NCBI GenBank assembly: GCA_000165425.1
Contig: CT868649.1
Span: 310,001 to 374,000, forward strand
Reading direction: 5' to 3'
Length of the DNA: 64,000 nt
Source of the DNA: Paramecium tetraurelia
Taxonomy: Eukaryota
The position numbers and the translations under genes are program-made. Below are positions 1 to 12,175 of the stretch, piece after piece. The first letter of the stretch is position 1, and each line of letters opens with the position of its first letter. The notes under the pieces were generated by a model that saw nothing but the letters and a program-made list of their open reading frames with translations, was not told the origin of the DNA and did no database searches.

Positions 1-1134
1 AGAAACTGAATAAACATTGTTACTTTCAAAAGTGGAAACTAAACTAAACTGTCTACATAAATCTGGAGCTTTTAGGATCTCCAATTCTCCAAACATTTCT
101 CCTGCTCCCAAGAATTTCAATGTCATAATTAACTTTTTATCACTGGCAATAAGATTTCCATACTTTTTTTTCTGGTATAATTTATCAATTTTTTCTTGAT
201 TTGTTAATGAAGGTTTATTGTATGCAAATTATTGTTTCAGAAATTCTACATCATCATCAATTTATTCATAATTATTAGAGTGTTCCTTATTCGTTCTTAA
301 ACATTTGATAACCTAAAGATTTTTGGAAGTAGTTACTTTAAATTCACCTGTTTGTATAAAATAAACTTCATTGGCTGGATCACCTTCTTTATAAACTGTG
401 TGATTTAATCTAAATTTATTCAATTTCATAACATCAAATAAAGATTTGATACTCATAAACTTCCAGTCCTTGAAAATAGAGAGTTTTGCAAATTCTTCAA
501 AATACAACTGTCTTTATTAATTTATCTTTTGGATAAGTAAAATATGTTACCACTGTTTTTTTGATTACCATATAATCCTCTGCATCTAACACTGCTAAGT
601 GAGTAGGAATTACAGCAGTAATAGAAGCTGATCTGGGTTCATTATTCTCTAAAGCAAGTTCACCAAAGGCTTAACCATCGTTCATTTGGATTAACTCTTT
701 TTCTTAATAGCAATCTCCAACAAACATTCTTTTATGAATTGACACTCTACCTTACAATATGATATAGAATGTAGTTCCCACGTCCCCTTAAATATATTTA
801 ACATTAGCTAACCTTCTCTAAATAGAGTTTCTCCCTTTTTTAGAGATGTGTAACTCATTTTTCTCAGACATCTCTCCCATAACAGTACTCCTTAATCTTT
901 CTCAAGCAATTTCTAAAAATAAACGATATGTTTTGTTGCTTTCTTCAAAATCTCAATCTCATATTATGTTCTATGATATGAAGATTTAGTAAGTATTATA
1001 ACGACTATTCCAAATATTTAATCCTGATTCAGATTCTCATAAATTTATGGTTCTTATTCCATTTATAAGATATACTGCTTTAATTCTTTAATCTCATCTT
1101 CTTTTAATAAATGAACATTTTATGAGTTTTTCAT
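1..1134 (-). CDS. Cyclic-nucleotide-binding domain protein (two cNMP domains), 3' end runs off the window
   Basis: Code-6 translation from ATG 1134: MKNSQNV...LFREGDVGTTFYIILQGRV...GQAFGELALENNEPRSASITA, then a second domain VYKEGDPANEVYFIQTGEF; 26-nt GT..AG intron at 787-812. Confidence 0.85.
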
Positions 1135-1827
1135 TAAATTAATTATATTATAATTATAAATGCAATTAAACTATAATCTATCATTTTGATGCAACACTTT
1201 CTTTTTATATTCTCCTAAGTAAGATTAACATATTATTACAGTCATATATAAATTATAGGAAATTTAAATTACTAACCAAATAATTTATCAATTATTTTGA
1301 TTAAAATTGATTATTAATTGAATTTCAATGAACAACCTCTTTCTTCTTAAAATAATTTATTGAATATGTTTGTATTTTATTCTGACACGTTTTCAAATTC
1401 AAATTATTAAATTAGATATTAGATCTTATGCAAACACAAATAATTTATTAAAGTATCTTTTGAGTAATTATTACACATATGATGGGCGCGGTTTAGAGAT
1501 TTGAATTATTGGGTAAATTATTTACTAATACTAGATTTAATTTAGAATAATATTTAATTTTGCAAAAAATGGTTTCAAAATTTTAGATATATTATTAATA
1601 CCAAATCATGGCTTTATTCTAAATTATCTACTCCACACTCTAAAATAACCATTTACTTTTACAACTCATCATGACTAAAAGAATAAGAAAAGCATTATAA
1701 TAGACTTATCAAAAGATATCAAGTGAATGGGGGGATATAATTTATTTCATGCTACACAGAAGAGAATAATCTATTCTGATTAAAATGATAATTATAAAAT
1801 ATTAATCAACTAATTGATTTTATGGGA

Positions 1828-2340
1828 TCAAAAATATGGAATAGAAGTTTTACTTTATTCCCAAGGTTGTAGTTCTTCTGTTATAGTTGGTTCTGTAATA
1901 TTAATTTTAGAAGTGAATTATTTATTCATTTTTAAAGGATTTGACAATTAAGGGAGTACGACATTTTAATATGCTTTATAAGGTTTCGACTGTGTTTTAA
2001 ATAGATTAGAATTAGTTAGTGAGTTATCGAAATTAAATTTCTTTGGGCTTTTCCTTTTTGTGATTTCATCAATATGATAGTGATACGAAGAATCTTTTTT
2101 GGGAAGATTTTTGGCAATAATCAAATCAGGATTTATAGAATGAGATTTGGTGGTTTAGATCATCTTAGGAGTGTGTTGCAAATTGAAATGGTGATTTTAT
2201 ATTCGAGGTGATTATAGGTTAATTTTACATCCAAAAACAGGTAACACTTTCTGGTTGTTGATTTATCTTGTTAATGATCGCTTAATGAATAATTAATATG
2301 TTGCAATTGGACTGTTTTACGCATTTTACAGATTGTCCAT
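1828..2340 (-). CDS. Hypothetical protein, 170 aa, intronless
   Basis: Continuous code-6 ORF from ATG 2340 (MDNLQNAQNSP...) to TGA 1828-1830 (...LQPWEQSKTSIPYF*); no recognised motif. Confidence 0.7.
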
Positions 2341-2424
2341 GTGAATACAGAAATCTTAATCTAAGATATAATTATTTTTAAAGAAATATCTAACTTTTGA
2401 TAATACAAAACTTTATTTCAGAAT

Positions 2425-5065
2425 TCAATGTTAGATTTATAGTGCATCCTTAAGAATTGAAGAGAACACTGGTTTAACAACTATTTATTCGACTCCAGCT
2501 TCATAACATTATTATTTAGTCTCTTCATCCTCATGGGCAGTACAAGCAATAATTTAAAATGGGTTAATTTTCTCTTGCTCCATTAAATTAGAAAGAATTG
2601 AAGTGGCAGTTATACCATCCATAACAGGCATATCAACATCCATCAAAACTGTTCTTATTCTGATATTCTTTTATCTCTTTACAAAATCCACAACCTCTTA
2701 ACCATTATAACAATGAACTATTCTATTGTATCCTAAACTATTGAGAACCATCTCTAAAGAAATATGATTGAATGGTTCATCATCAACTACCACAATTGCT
2801 CCAGATTCTTCAACTAAATTTTATTTGCTCCTTTTCTACGTCTATCGAATTTACGTTGTTCCTTGAATTAATTTTGTATTTCTTTGAGTAACCCTAGCAT
2901 TTTAACGAAAATAATTAGAGTTTAGACTTTTAAGCATACTTGGCTTCACCCGATCTATTTTTCTTATTTGTCCAACTACTGTTTTTTCATCCTCAACCCC
3001 ACAATTAGTTTCTGATTACAATGTGAGGAAATCTGCTATAATCCTATTAGATCTCATGGATATATTTTTAATTCTTCTAGCAGATTAAGGATGCAAACCA
3101 CTTGGTAAATCTAAATCTCCTATGCAAAATGAAAATTTTGATCCTTAGCCAGGTAAGCTCTCTATTTTGAATGGGGATGTTCCATTTAATTAGTAGATAA
3201 GTTTTGTAGTAATTTTTAAACTAATGCCTAAAACCTCATTTTTTGGATTTAAATTTTATTAGCATTTGCCTTTATCAATTGATTAGGTTTACAATTGGCT
3301 TTGCTATTATATTTTATTTCATAATTTACTTTTCTCGATCTCTATTGTTGTTAATATTGATGCATTTACATCTGCTTAGCAATTTCTTCTTGAGCTTATT
3401 GACTTAAACCAACACCACTATCAGAGATAGTAAATTAAATTAATCTGGAATCACCTTTTCTTACTTCATCAACATCCAGTTCTATAAATCCACCTTAGGG
3501 TGTAAATCTGTAAGCATTATTTAAGAGGTTCACCAAGATTCTCATCAACTTATTGAGGTCTGACTGTACAAAGCAAAATCTGCAATAATCATTTTAAATA
3601 TTACATATCCTGTTTGGACTCCTAAATCTTATCGAAATCTTCATTATTGTAATTGATCCTAAATTAAATACTCTTCTAACTACATTAAGTAATAATTAGG
3701 TCCTTAATTTCTGATATTAATTTCATTATGTTTATGGTCTTTACGTTCAAATTTTGTCTCTAATAAGAATAATAAGAAACATAATCTAAAATATCCTAGA
3801 TAGTATAGAGCAATATCTTTGAATTCCAATAACAAGGTTTAATATAAGTATCTATCAATTACTTAGTCAAGTTCTAATCGTTTAGACAGATTTCTAAATA
3901 AGTGATGACGGCATGCAAAGGAGTTTTCAACTTATGGCTAAATGAACTTATAAGATTGTTCCTGAACTTTTGATCTTTTTTTATATCCACATAGTTCTCA
4001 TTAATCAACTAAAAAATATTATAAAATACATTTACTTAAAAAGAAAATATAAATATGGTTTAATTTTTCTTGATCATTTATGAGAATTTCAAATAGTATC
4101 TCAATTTTTCCTGGTTAGGTCCTATAATTTTGAATTTGTAATAATTGCATTCAAAATCAATATTTTAAGCATTTTCAATTATTTGCTTTAAGGTGAGAAT
4201 TTTTTTAGTGATACTCTCATTTTAACTATAACCACTGACTTTAATATCTTCTAAAAAGGAGATATTATCGGTTTATTTTTGAGTCAATAATTTGAGATTG
4301 GCTATATTTTAGGATTCTGATCTATTGGGGTTGTATGTTATATTTTCAGTTTGATTTTGAAATTCTAAGAAAGATTCGATTTTATCCATATGCTGAGTTC
4401 TATAAATCAATTTGTAATTTTGATCAAATACTAAAATGCCTATGTTTAAATAGTTAACCATTCCATTCAAGTAGTCTAGTTAACAGGCCATTTCCTCTTG
4501 ACAATTGATTTAATGAGTCTTTGCTTGAATGTTGAATACTTGGATGTGAATTTCATTGAACAACGCAATTATTAAAAACAAAATCTAAAATACGAAGGAT
4601 ATTGAAGGCTAATTTTCATTCATTTCATCTGTGATTTAATATACGATGTATGAGAATAAAATTAAGGGTAGGATTATTTTAAAAATTTGTTGTTTTAATG
4701 TTCCTTAAAAGAGATGAAAAAATATGAGTAAATAAATAATCCCAAAATAAGTTTAGGGCTGTACATAAATTGCTTAATATAAGCATTTTGAAATGAAGTA
4801 AAGGAAGAACAGCATATCCAATAAGAAGGTTTGGTTTCTCTTTCTTGTTCTAAATCTAAAATATACACAAACATACAAAGCTAATAAAATATGAGCGCAA
4901 TGATTTACTTAAAAGTATTATATATATGGAAAAATTGATCCACATTGTTTATTTTGAATTGATTTGATCCTTCAAAGTGTCTATCATAAGAAATAACAGA
5001 TCAATAGTGCATGTGAGTAGTAATACAAGATATCTAAAATCAATTATATTTTAGTCTCTAAACAT
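2425..5065 (-). CDS. Membrane hybrid sensor histidine kinase with C-terminal receiver domain
   Basis: Hydrophobic N-terminus; H-box SSFSHKLKTPL; N-box LVNLLNNAYRFT; G1 ISDSGVG; ESLPGQGSKFSF; receiver VVDDEPFN...LMDVDMPVMDG...IACTA...VVKP; several small introns. Confidence 0.9.
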
Positions 5066-5274
5066 TTATTAATATTTATCTTTATAATATAATTAATGTA
5101 GCATAAATAGATAAAAGCAACTACCTCATAAAATATTCGTTAAAAGCTGGCGATGAAAGACTCTTTTACTAATATTAATTAAATCTACAGTCAACCTCAT
5201 TCTTCAAAAGGAGCTGAAACTAGAAAAAAGGAAGTAAATTCTTATTTATTTAGAATGTATAAGATTGCAATACT

Positions 5275-6054
5275 ATGAAGAAAAAATTGTTTAATATGTT
5301 GGGATAAAACTACAATTCAAGCAAAGCATTCTCTATATCCCCTACTAATTCCCTTAAGCAGAATTATTTTGTTTCCACATCAACTCAATAAAAATCAAAA
5401 TAAATTATACAAAAACAAAATCACACCCTCGATTGCCATACATCACTTACTCAAAATCTCTAAGGAAATCTAGCCAGGAATGTATAGTCATAGCAATCAT
5501 TAAATTAATTTGAAAAATATACTTCTTTCTTGGAGAATCAAAATTTTGAAAACCAGAATCCTTCAGTTAATCCATCAAAAAAAGTTGGCATTGCCAAACC
5601 TAACTCTATTCAATCTAAAAATCATAAAACTGACAGAAGTTCATTAATTGCATTATTTGAAAAATTGCATGAAAAGGACAGTTCTAATATGCATCGTAAG
5701 TAAACATCCCAAAATTCCAATTATATTATTAATGTTTAAAAATAATAGCTTCCAGAGTGCTTTTACACAGAATTAAAGTTGAGACAAAAGATTAAAGGAT
5801 CCTTATCCAATAATTCCTCTGGCTAACTTTGCTCCCATCTTAACCCTAATTCATCATCTACTCAAATTCAACAAAACCTTTAAAATACCATTGAGGATAA
5901 TTTACAATAAATTATTGAAAGGATGTCATATATACTCAAAAATTATTAATAAAAGTTAAAACAGGTAGACTTTGAAAAGGAAGTATTAATATAAGAAATT
6001 CAGTATTGGAAATCGAAATACCAAAAATGTCAATAAAAATCATCGATTTCTTGA
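5275..6054 (+). CDS. Hypothetical protein, 259 aa, Ser/Gln-rich with C-terminal coiled coil
   Basis: 780-nt code-6 ORF from MKKKLFNMLG to ...EKEVLIQEIQYWKSKYQKCQQKSSIS*. Confidence 0.75.
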
Positions 6055-6121
6055 TTCAGATAAGATTAAAAATTGATAATATAATCTTTTTAAAATGATA
6101 AATTAAAATTGAATTGAGCAA

Positions 6122-9100
6122 TCATTTTCTCTTTAGAAAATAAACAGGTATCACTTAATTTCCTTCCTATAAGTTAATCCTTTCTTTACATTTATAATTA
6201 ACATATTTACACAGCTTATTTGCTTTGAATACTATTAAAATTTATTGTGGATTTGTGAGAAATTTTTCGATTGCCAATTTTGGTTTCATCCAATACAACA
6301 TTTTCTATGAGAATTATTTTTCATAAACTTTGTCTTCTTTTTATACAACATAAAGTTCAACTATGTCAGATGTCAATCTCTAAAAATATTCCTTATAATT
6401 CTAATCTACATATGGCTAAAAGGCTAAAATGTTTAGATTTTAGAAATTAGCTCTTAAAATCTGGGCTAATTAAGAATCGACAGGGAAATCTATTTATTGT
6501 ACACCTTTTTGAAAGTCAGCCAAGATATCATATTCTTAATTTCCTAATGAGGATAGATTTAAATTAGAATCCTAATCACTGATTTCACTTATAGATTTTG
6601 TCTATGATAATTCTTAAGGTAATATTTAATTTTCTTAAAAACCCTAATTGTCTATATATCCACTTTATTATAATATCTAAAAATCTCTTTTCTCAACTTT
6701 ATTATACTAGTTATTATCTTTTTCTAGGAAGTTAAGAAGACTATTTTCGATTTCTAAGTAATTATTTTGTGCAGAATTTATCTAAGATAAATCTACCATT
6801 TCTAAATGTAATAAATCATTATTTCTTATATTTGGCATTAAGTCTTGATTCGTCCATTCAGTCAAATTTTTAAAAATCATAGCTAAATATCTAAATATTA
6901 AATTACTTTTTGATAATTATTGCTTAATTTCTATAGTCCATTTAATGTTGGCATCATCAACAAAATACCCATTACCTTCTAAGAATTTTTTAAATCTATC
7001 TCGATTTTATGTTTTTTGAACAAGATTCTTATAGGGTATGAATTGCTCAATGTAAAAACTAACTTGTAAATTAATAACTTATTCATTTGGTAATTATAAC
7101 CTTTGAAATATGGAATCAATTTTCTAAAAATTCTTTTTGTTTCCAAGTATTGTTATGTAATAATCTGAATATTCCTATTTTTAAGAGACATATAAATCAG
7201 ATAAATCTATTATTTTTTCAAGGATCTTTTTTCCATATTCTGGTTTAGTTTTTAATTCTAAGAAAATTTTTGATTCAATTAAATTCTAAATTTATTCTAT
7301 ATATTTATTAAGTTGTGATCCCTAATTAACAAAGTTTGAATGAATTATACAAAAGGAACTGATTTCCTATTCTTCTCTGAATTCAATTTCTTTTATTTAA
7401 TTCAAAATTTATTTTAGAAAATCTTAAATTTTATATTTAAAATAATTTGTTCTGGCAAGAACCAACTTGTAATATTCAACTTTCTCATTAACATTTGTCT
7501 CTTTCAAACTAAGCATTGAAATTTTTTTTCCTTAGTAGTATTTGAAATCTTAGGCGTATTTGAGAGATTCATTATTCCTTGTTATTAATTATAATGATTC
7601 TGGTCCAATTACTTTCCAATATATGCCTCTCTTCTTAAATTCTTTTTTTAAATAATGACTAAGTTCAAAGCAAGATAAGGAAGTTTTATCTAACATTAAT
7701 TTAACATTTTGAAATTTATCGAAATATTGTTTAAATTAAGTCACAACATAGTCATTAAAACACTAAAGTTAGTATTTTCCTTACGATATTTTTAAAAATT
7801 ATATCTTCTAATTATTTGAAACCAATTTATCTAAAAATTCTTGATAAAGGTTGTCTTAAATTATTTCATCCAAGAATGAAGGCTAGATATAATTTTTAAA
7901 ATTTACTTCCAAATTGATGGTTTGACTTATTGGAAATTTTTACAAGTCAGCTCTTATATTAAGTGAAATTACTTAAGTTTATTATTGTTGTTGTTGTTAT
8001 TATTGTTATAATTATTATATATTGTTAGAATTTATATATTTTAGAAGTGGTAGCTCTTTCTATAAATCGTTTTTATCAATAGCATTTCTGAATTTCTAGT
8101 GCAAAACCTATAAAGCCATTCTATTATTATTTTATTCTCGATTGATGCATAAATACTTTAAAATTCTTACTAAGATTATTATTTATTCTTACCTAAACTC
8201 TAAAGGCTATAATCTCTATTTTACAAAGTAGAAAATTGAAGTTTTTTATTATCTACTTACTAAAAACCAAATTTCTAAAATAGATCTTTAATTGCATCCA
8301 AATCTATTTTTAATTAGTCCCCCTTTAATTTAAACAAAAAGTTTTATTTATCAACTTCAACATTAAATTTTTTAAATTCATATTTAAAAACCTTCTCTTC
8401 TAAAAGACATAACAATTTCAAAATATCTTCATTAATACCAAATAAAATGAAATCTTCATTATTTTTATAAAATAAAATCTTAACATTCAAATCTTAAATA
8501 CCAAGCTGAAAAAGCTTTTCTACTTTTAATCCTATGTCTTAAGTGGTTTAAATGAAAAATTTTAACAAAAGTAGGTTCTTTAGGAAACCTCCAATATATT
8601 CTTTTGTTTACTTTTCAACTAACTCTCTTTTTTCTTTAATTTTTGAAAAATTCATTTCAATAAAAAAAAAGTTCTCATTAAAATATTAATTGAAGCAATA
8701 TTACTGAACATCCTAGGATAAATATTTCTTATAAAAGAGATATCTTGATTTTTCTAAAATAGGGTTACTTGAAATTAAATTTGGATAAGGTTTTGCACTA
8801 GAGAAGTTAAACATATAACCTCTATAGTTTTCATAGATTTGATGTGCTAGTTCTTTTAGGAATTATTATGATTACTCTCTTGAAACCAGATAAAATTCAT
8901 CCCCTATTTATGCTATTTAAACTTAGCGTTACAAAAGGTATTTATTCATCATTGATTATTATTCTTTCATAGTATAACAAGAGTAGAAACAAAATTGAAT
9001 TTCTACTGATTAGATACTGTCTATAAAAGTCTGAATTTCTTGATTTATATAATACTAATCAGTATTTTCTTATAATTTATAGCAATTCATTTATTGTTTA

Positions 9101-9824
9101 GTAAGATGTAATTATTTTATTAACTCATTCCACTTTTCCAGATATAACTATTCAATTATCTATAGAATTTAACCATTTTTTAATTGAATTGTAAAGGTCT
9201 TTTCGTTGTGCCTTATTTTTATGTTATCATCATAGATATTCATGCTTTAATCAATAATTTGACTGATTCTTTCACCAAATGCATGAATTGAGTAATCTTG
9301 AGTATTATCTACCTCTGTTAATATTGAAGATTCAGTCTCAAAATTTTTATAAACAACATCTGGTTCTTTTGGATCTGCTAAGATTTAATAATTGAGGTTT
9401 TACCTTATTAAATCTTTTATTGAATTTACTCCTATTGAAGTTAAGGCTCTCCTTAATCAGTTGGTGTTTCACAATATTTTTAAGAGGATTAATCACCTTT
9501 ATTATTAGTTAAACTCTAATCTGAATTAATTTGGGTTGATAAATTCTTTTGACAAATTTCATCTTGATCATTTTTGAAGGATGAATTTTGATTTTAAGTG
9601 TTGAAACCTAACTTTGGTTTAATCTTCATTTAAAAATTGGGAAAAATTTCGTTTATAGAGTCAATTAAAGATCTAAATCTTTCAAACTTTTTTAATTGTT
9701 AGTCATCTTTAAAAATGTACCTTTACCCATCAAGTTGAATTTCTAAACTAAGAAATGACAATAATTGTTGCATTGAGTTTTAATCCTTTACTTCGAAAAC
9801 TTTTGGATCCATTAGTAAGCTCAT
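6122..9824 (-). CDS. Large hypothetical protein (about 1200 aa) with a short poly-Gln tract
   Basis: ATG 9824; the frame is kept open by small GT..AG introns (e.g. 20 nt near 9708-9727, 29 nt near 6614-6642); ends ...VIPVYFLKRK* at 6122. No family recognised; could be two genes. Confidence 0.6.
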
Positions 9825-9854
9825 TGTAATTTAATAAAAAAATATTAATTATTA

Positions 9855-12152
9855 TCATTTATCAAAACAATTATGGCCACATCCTAAAGGACATGAAGCA
9901 TTATTTTTAAACCAGTTTTTCATTTCTTTCATGTGACCTCCATGCATACACTGTTAGCACCATAAATAAAGACCTTTTACTGGCTTGAAGCTTTATTATT
10001 TAACATGTTATAATACCATATTGCACATATAAAATCTATTTTACAAATATTACAAATTGGTCCTGCAGCTTAGTTATTTTTGCAGGGGCCAAGACATTTA
10101 TAGTTTGTAACGTATTTATTACTAGTTCTAAACTATTCAACTGGACTTTCTAATGCCGCTTTCATAGCTAATGTGTGTTTGCCAAACGCCACTAGTAATT
10201 CAATATAAGACTGAGTCCATTTTTTAGCATTCAAATCAGGGAATTATACATGATTTTTTGCACATGCAGCCATCCAAAATCCACTAGGAAGTTCCCCTTA
10301 ATCGATTACATGTTAAATTAATTAGAGTATAGAATTAGAAATAACTTGCCTACATATTATTTAGAAATTACATCATATGTTATTTATCAGTCAGCAAATA
10401 ACCAATAGGAGTCATTGTTCTTAATAAGTTCTTATAATATGGTATTCTTTCTATATGAATTTTCAAATGATTTTGATCTTCAATTATGATATTCTTGCTA
10501 TCTAATTCTTATCTAAATGCTGCTGGGTATTTTTCGAAATATTTATAGAGTTTTTAGAGATCCTGTGAATCCAATTACTTTTTTTCATGTGATTTGTTAT
10601 TTCTTGTAATCTATATAGTTTATTCCAAAGGAGACTTTTAATCATCATCTGATTAATCATTACCTTTGTTTGGTAACTAAACAGGAATATTCTACATTGA
10701 AATATTGGAGCCACAATCTTTTGATAACTTTTTAAAGTCATTGATAAGATGTTCTAAGGCTTTCCAATAATGTGCTATCTCTGGTTTATCTATTTGCAAG
10801 GCAACATTACTATTATATGAAAAATCCTTTTTTGAATTGTAATTCTTTTGGAAATATTTTAATTCCTCATCAAAAGGAATTTTAGGATCAAACCTTTAAT
10901 CAATAGCTTCTATATAGAAGATTGATCTTACACTAGTTTTTTGAATTTGTGAATTTTATGGAGATACAGAAGTTGCTTTTTGGATATCTTACCAAGAATT
11001 TTAAACCTAAGTATTTTAGAATTGATTCTAAGTTTTCGACTTTTATATAAAAATATCATCATTTGAGGATTGTTTTTAAATTGAATTAAAGTACTATTAA
11101 TATTGATTGGTCTTCTCTGATTCACATTGAATGGGGAAGGGAGATTCTAATTTCATAAGCAAATCATTATATTGATTAAAGGCGACAGGGAATATAGGAC
11201 AATTATTATATACTTGATATGCCTATCTAACAGATTGCATTCTTAAGTATTTATCCTTGGATCCTGTAAAAACATACTATTCATCTTAACTAAAGACAAA
11301 GGATGTTATGATATCATTATGACCCTTGACAATATGCATAGGTCGGAAGGGAGTTCTGATGTCATAAGTAGTGACTGAGATATCTCTATTAAGTGATGAG
11401 ACACTCAAAAGAGAATTGTTTTACACATGCCATTTGATATGAGAAGACCCATCTATATGCTAAATGATCCCTTTTTCCCTAATGTCAGTATGATTCTCTA
11501 CTTATAAGATTTTAATTTCTTTATCATTTGATCCACTAGCCAAAACATTATCTTTAGTCCAATCCAAGCAGATAATTAAATTGGTAAATGGGTCTTGTTT
11601 ACGACCCTTTAAATTAATCTCAGTCACAACTTCTTATTGTTTTCTAATGTCAAAATACTCTAATTGGCCTGTATCGGAGGCTGCCATAAAATAATTGTCT
11701 CTTGTAATATTAAATTTAATGTCTCTAATAGCTTCATTTCTTTGTAATGTAAAAATTGGTTATGCAGCAGGTTGACGATAATCATAATAATTAATTGTAT
11801 AATCCTACCCACCGCTAATAAAACAGTTTTCATTATGCCAATTCATCCTATGAATAGCAGCTTAATGATTTCTATAAACAGTTTCTTTTTGTTTGTCAAT
11901 ATCCCAAACCTAAAATTAACCTTAGACAGATGCAGCCAATAATAGAGTTGGCTTTTTGCGATTAAATTCTACATAACCTATTGCCAATTTTGTGCCTTAT
12001 CTCCTCATATTCTATTTGATACTCATTTTTTTATTCACTTAATCCAAATCAATTATTTTTAAGATTTCTCTTCCCCCTACAACCAAATTCCTTCCTTATT
12101 GATCAATATCAATTGAGGATATGCTTGTTTACAAATCTAATTCCTAATCCAT
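9855..12152 (-). CDS. WDR24: GATOR2/SEACAT subunit WDR24 (Sea2)-like: N-terminal WD40 propeller plus C-terminal Zn/RING
   Basis: N-terminus GRNLVVGGREILKI; WD repeats; C-terminus CAICFKPVKGLYLWCQQCMHGGHMKEMKNWFKNNASCPLGCGHNC matches the WDR24 RING. Confidence 0.85.
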
Positions 12153-12175
12153 TTTTATTAATTAAATAATTTATC

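Noticed and set aside
17..199. ORF-track entries antisense or out of frame to real genes (e.g. 17-199, 19590-19787, 22757-22948, 30551-30772, 39992-40216, 43858-44061, 50038-50220, 52526-52846, 55326-55535, 57082-57285)
   Set aside because: Shadows of code-6 genes on the opposite strand or in another frame; no independent motifs.
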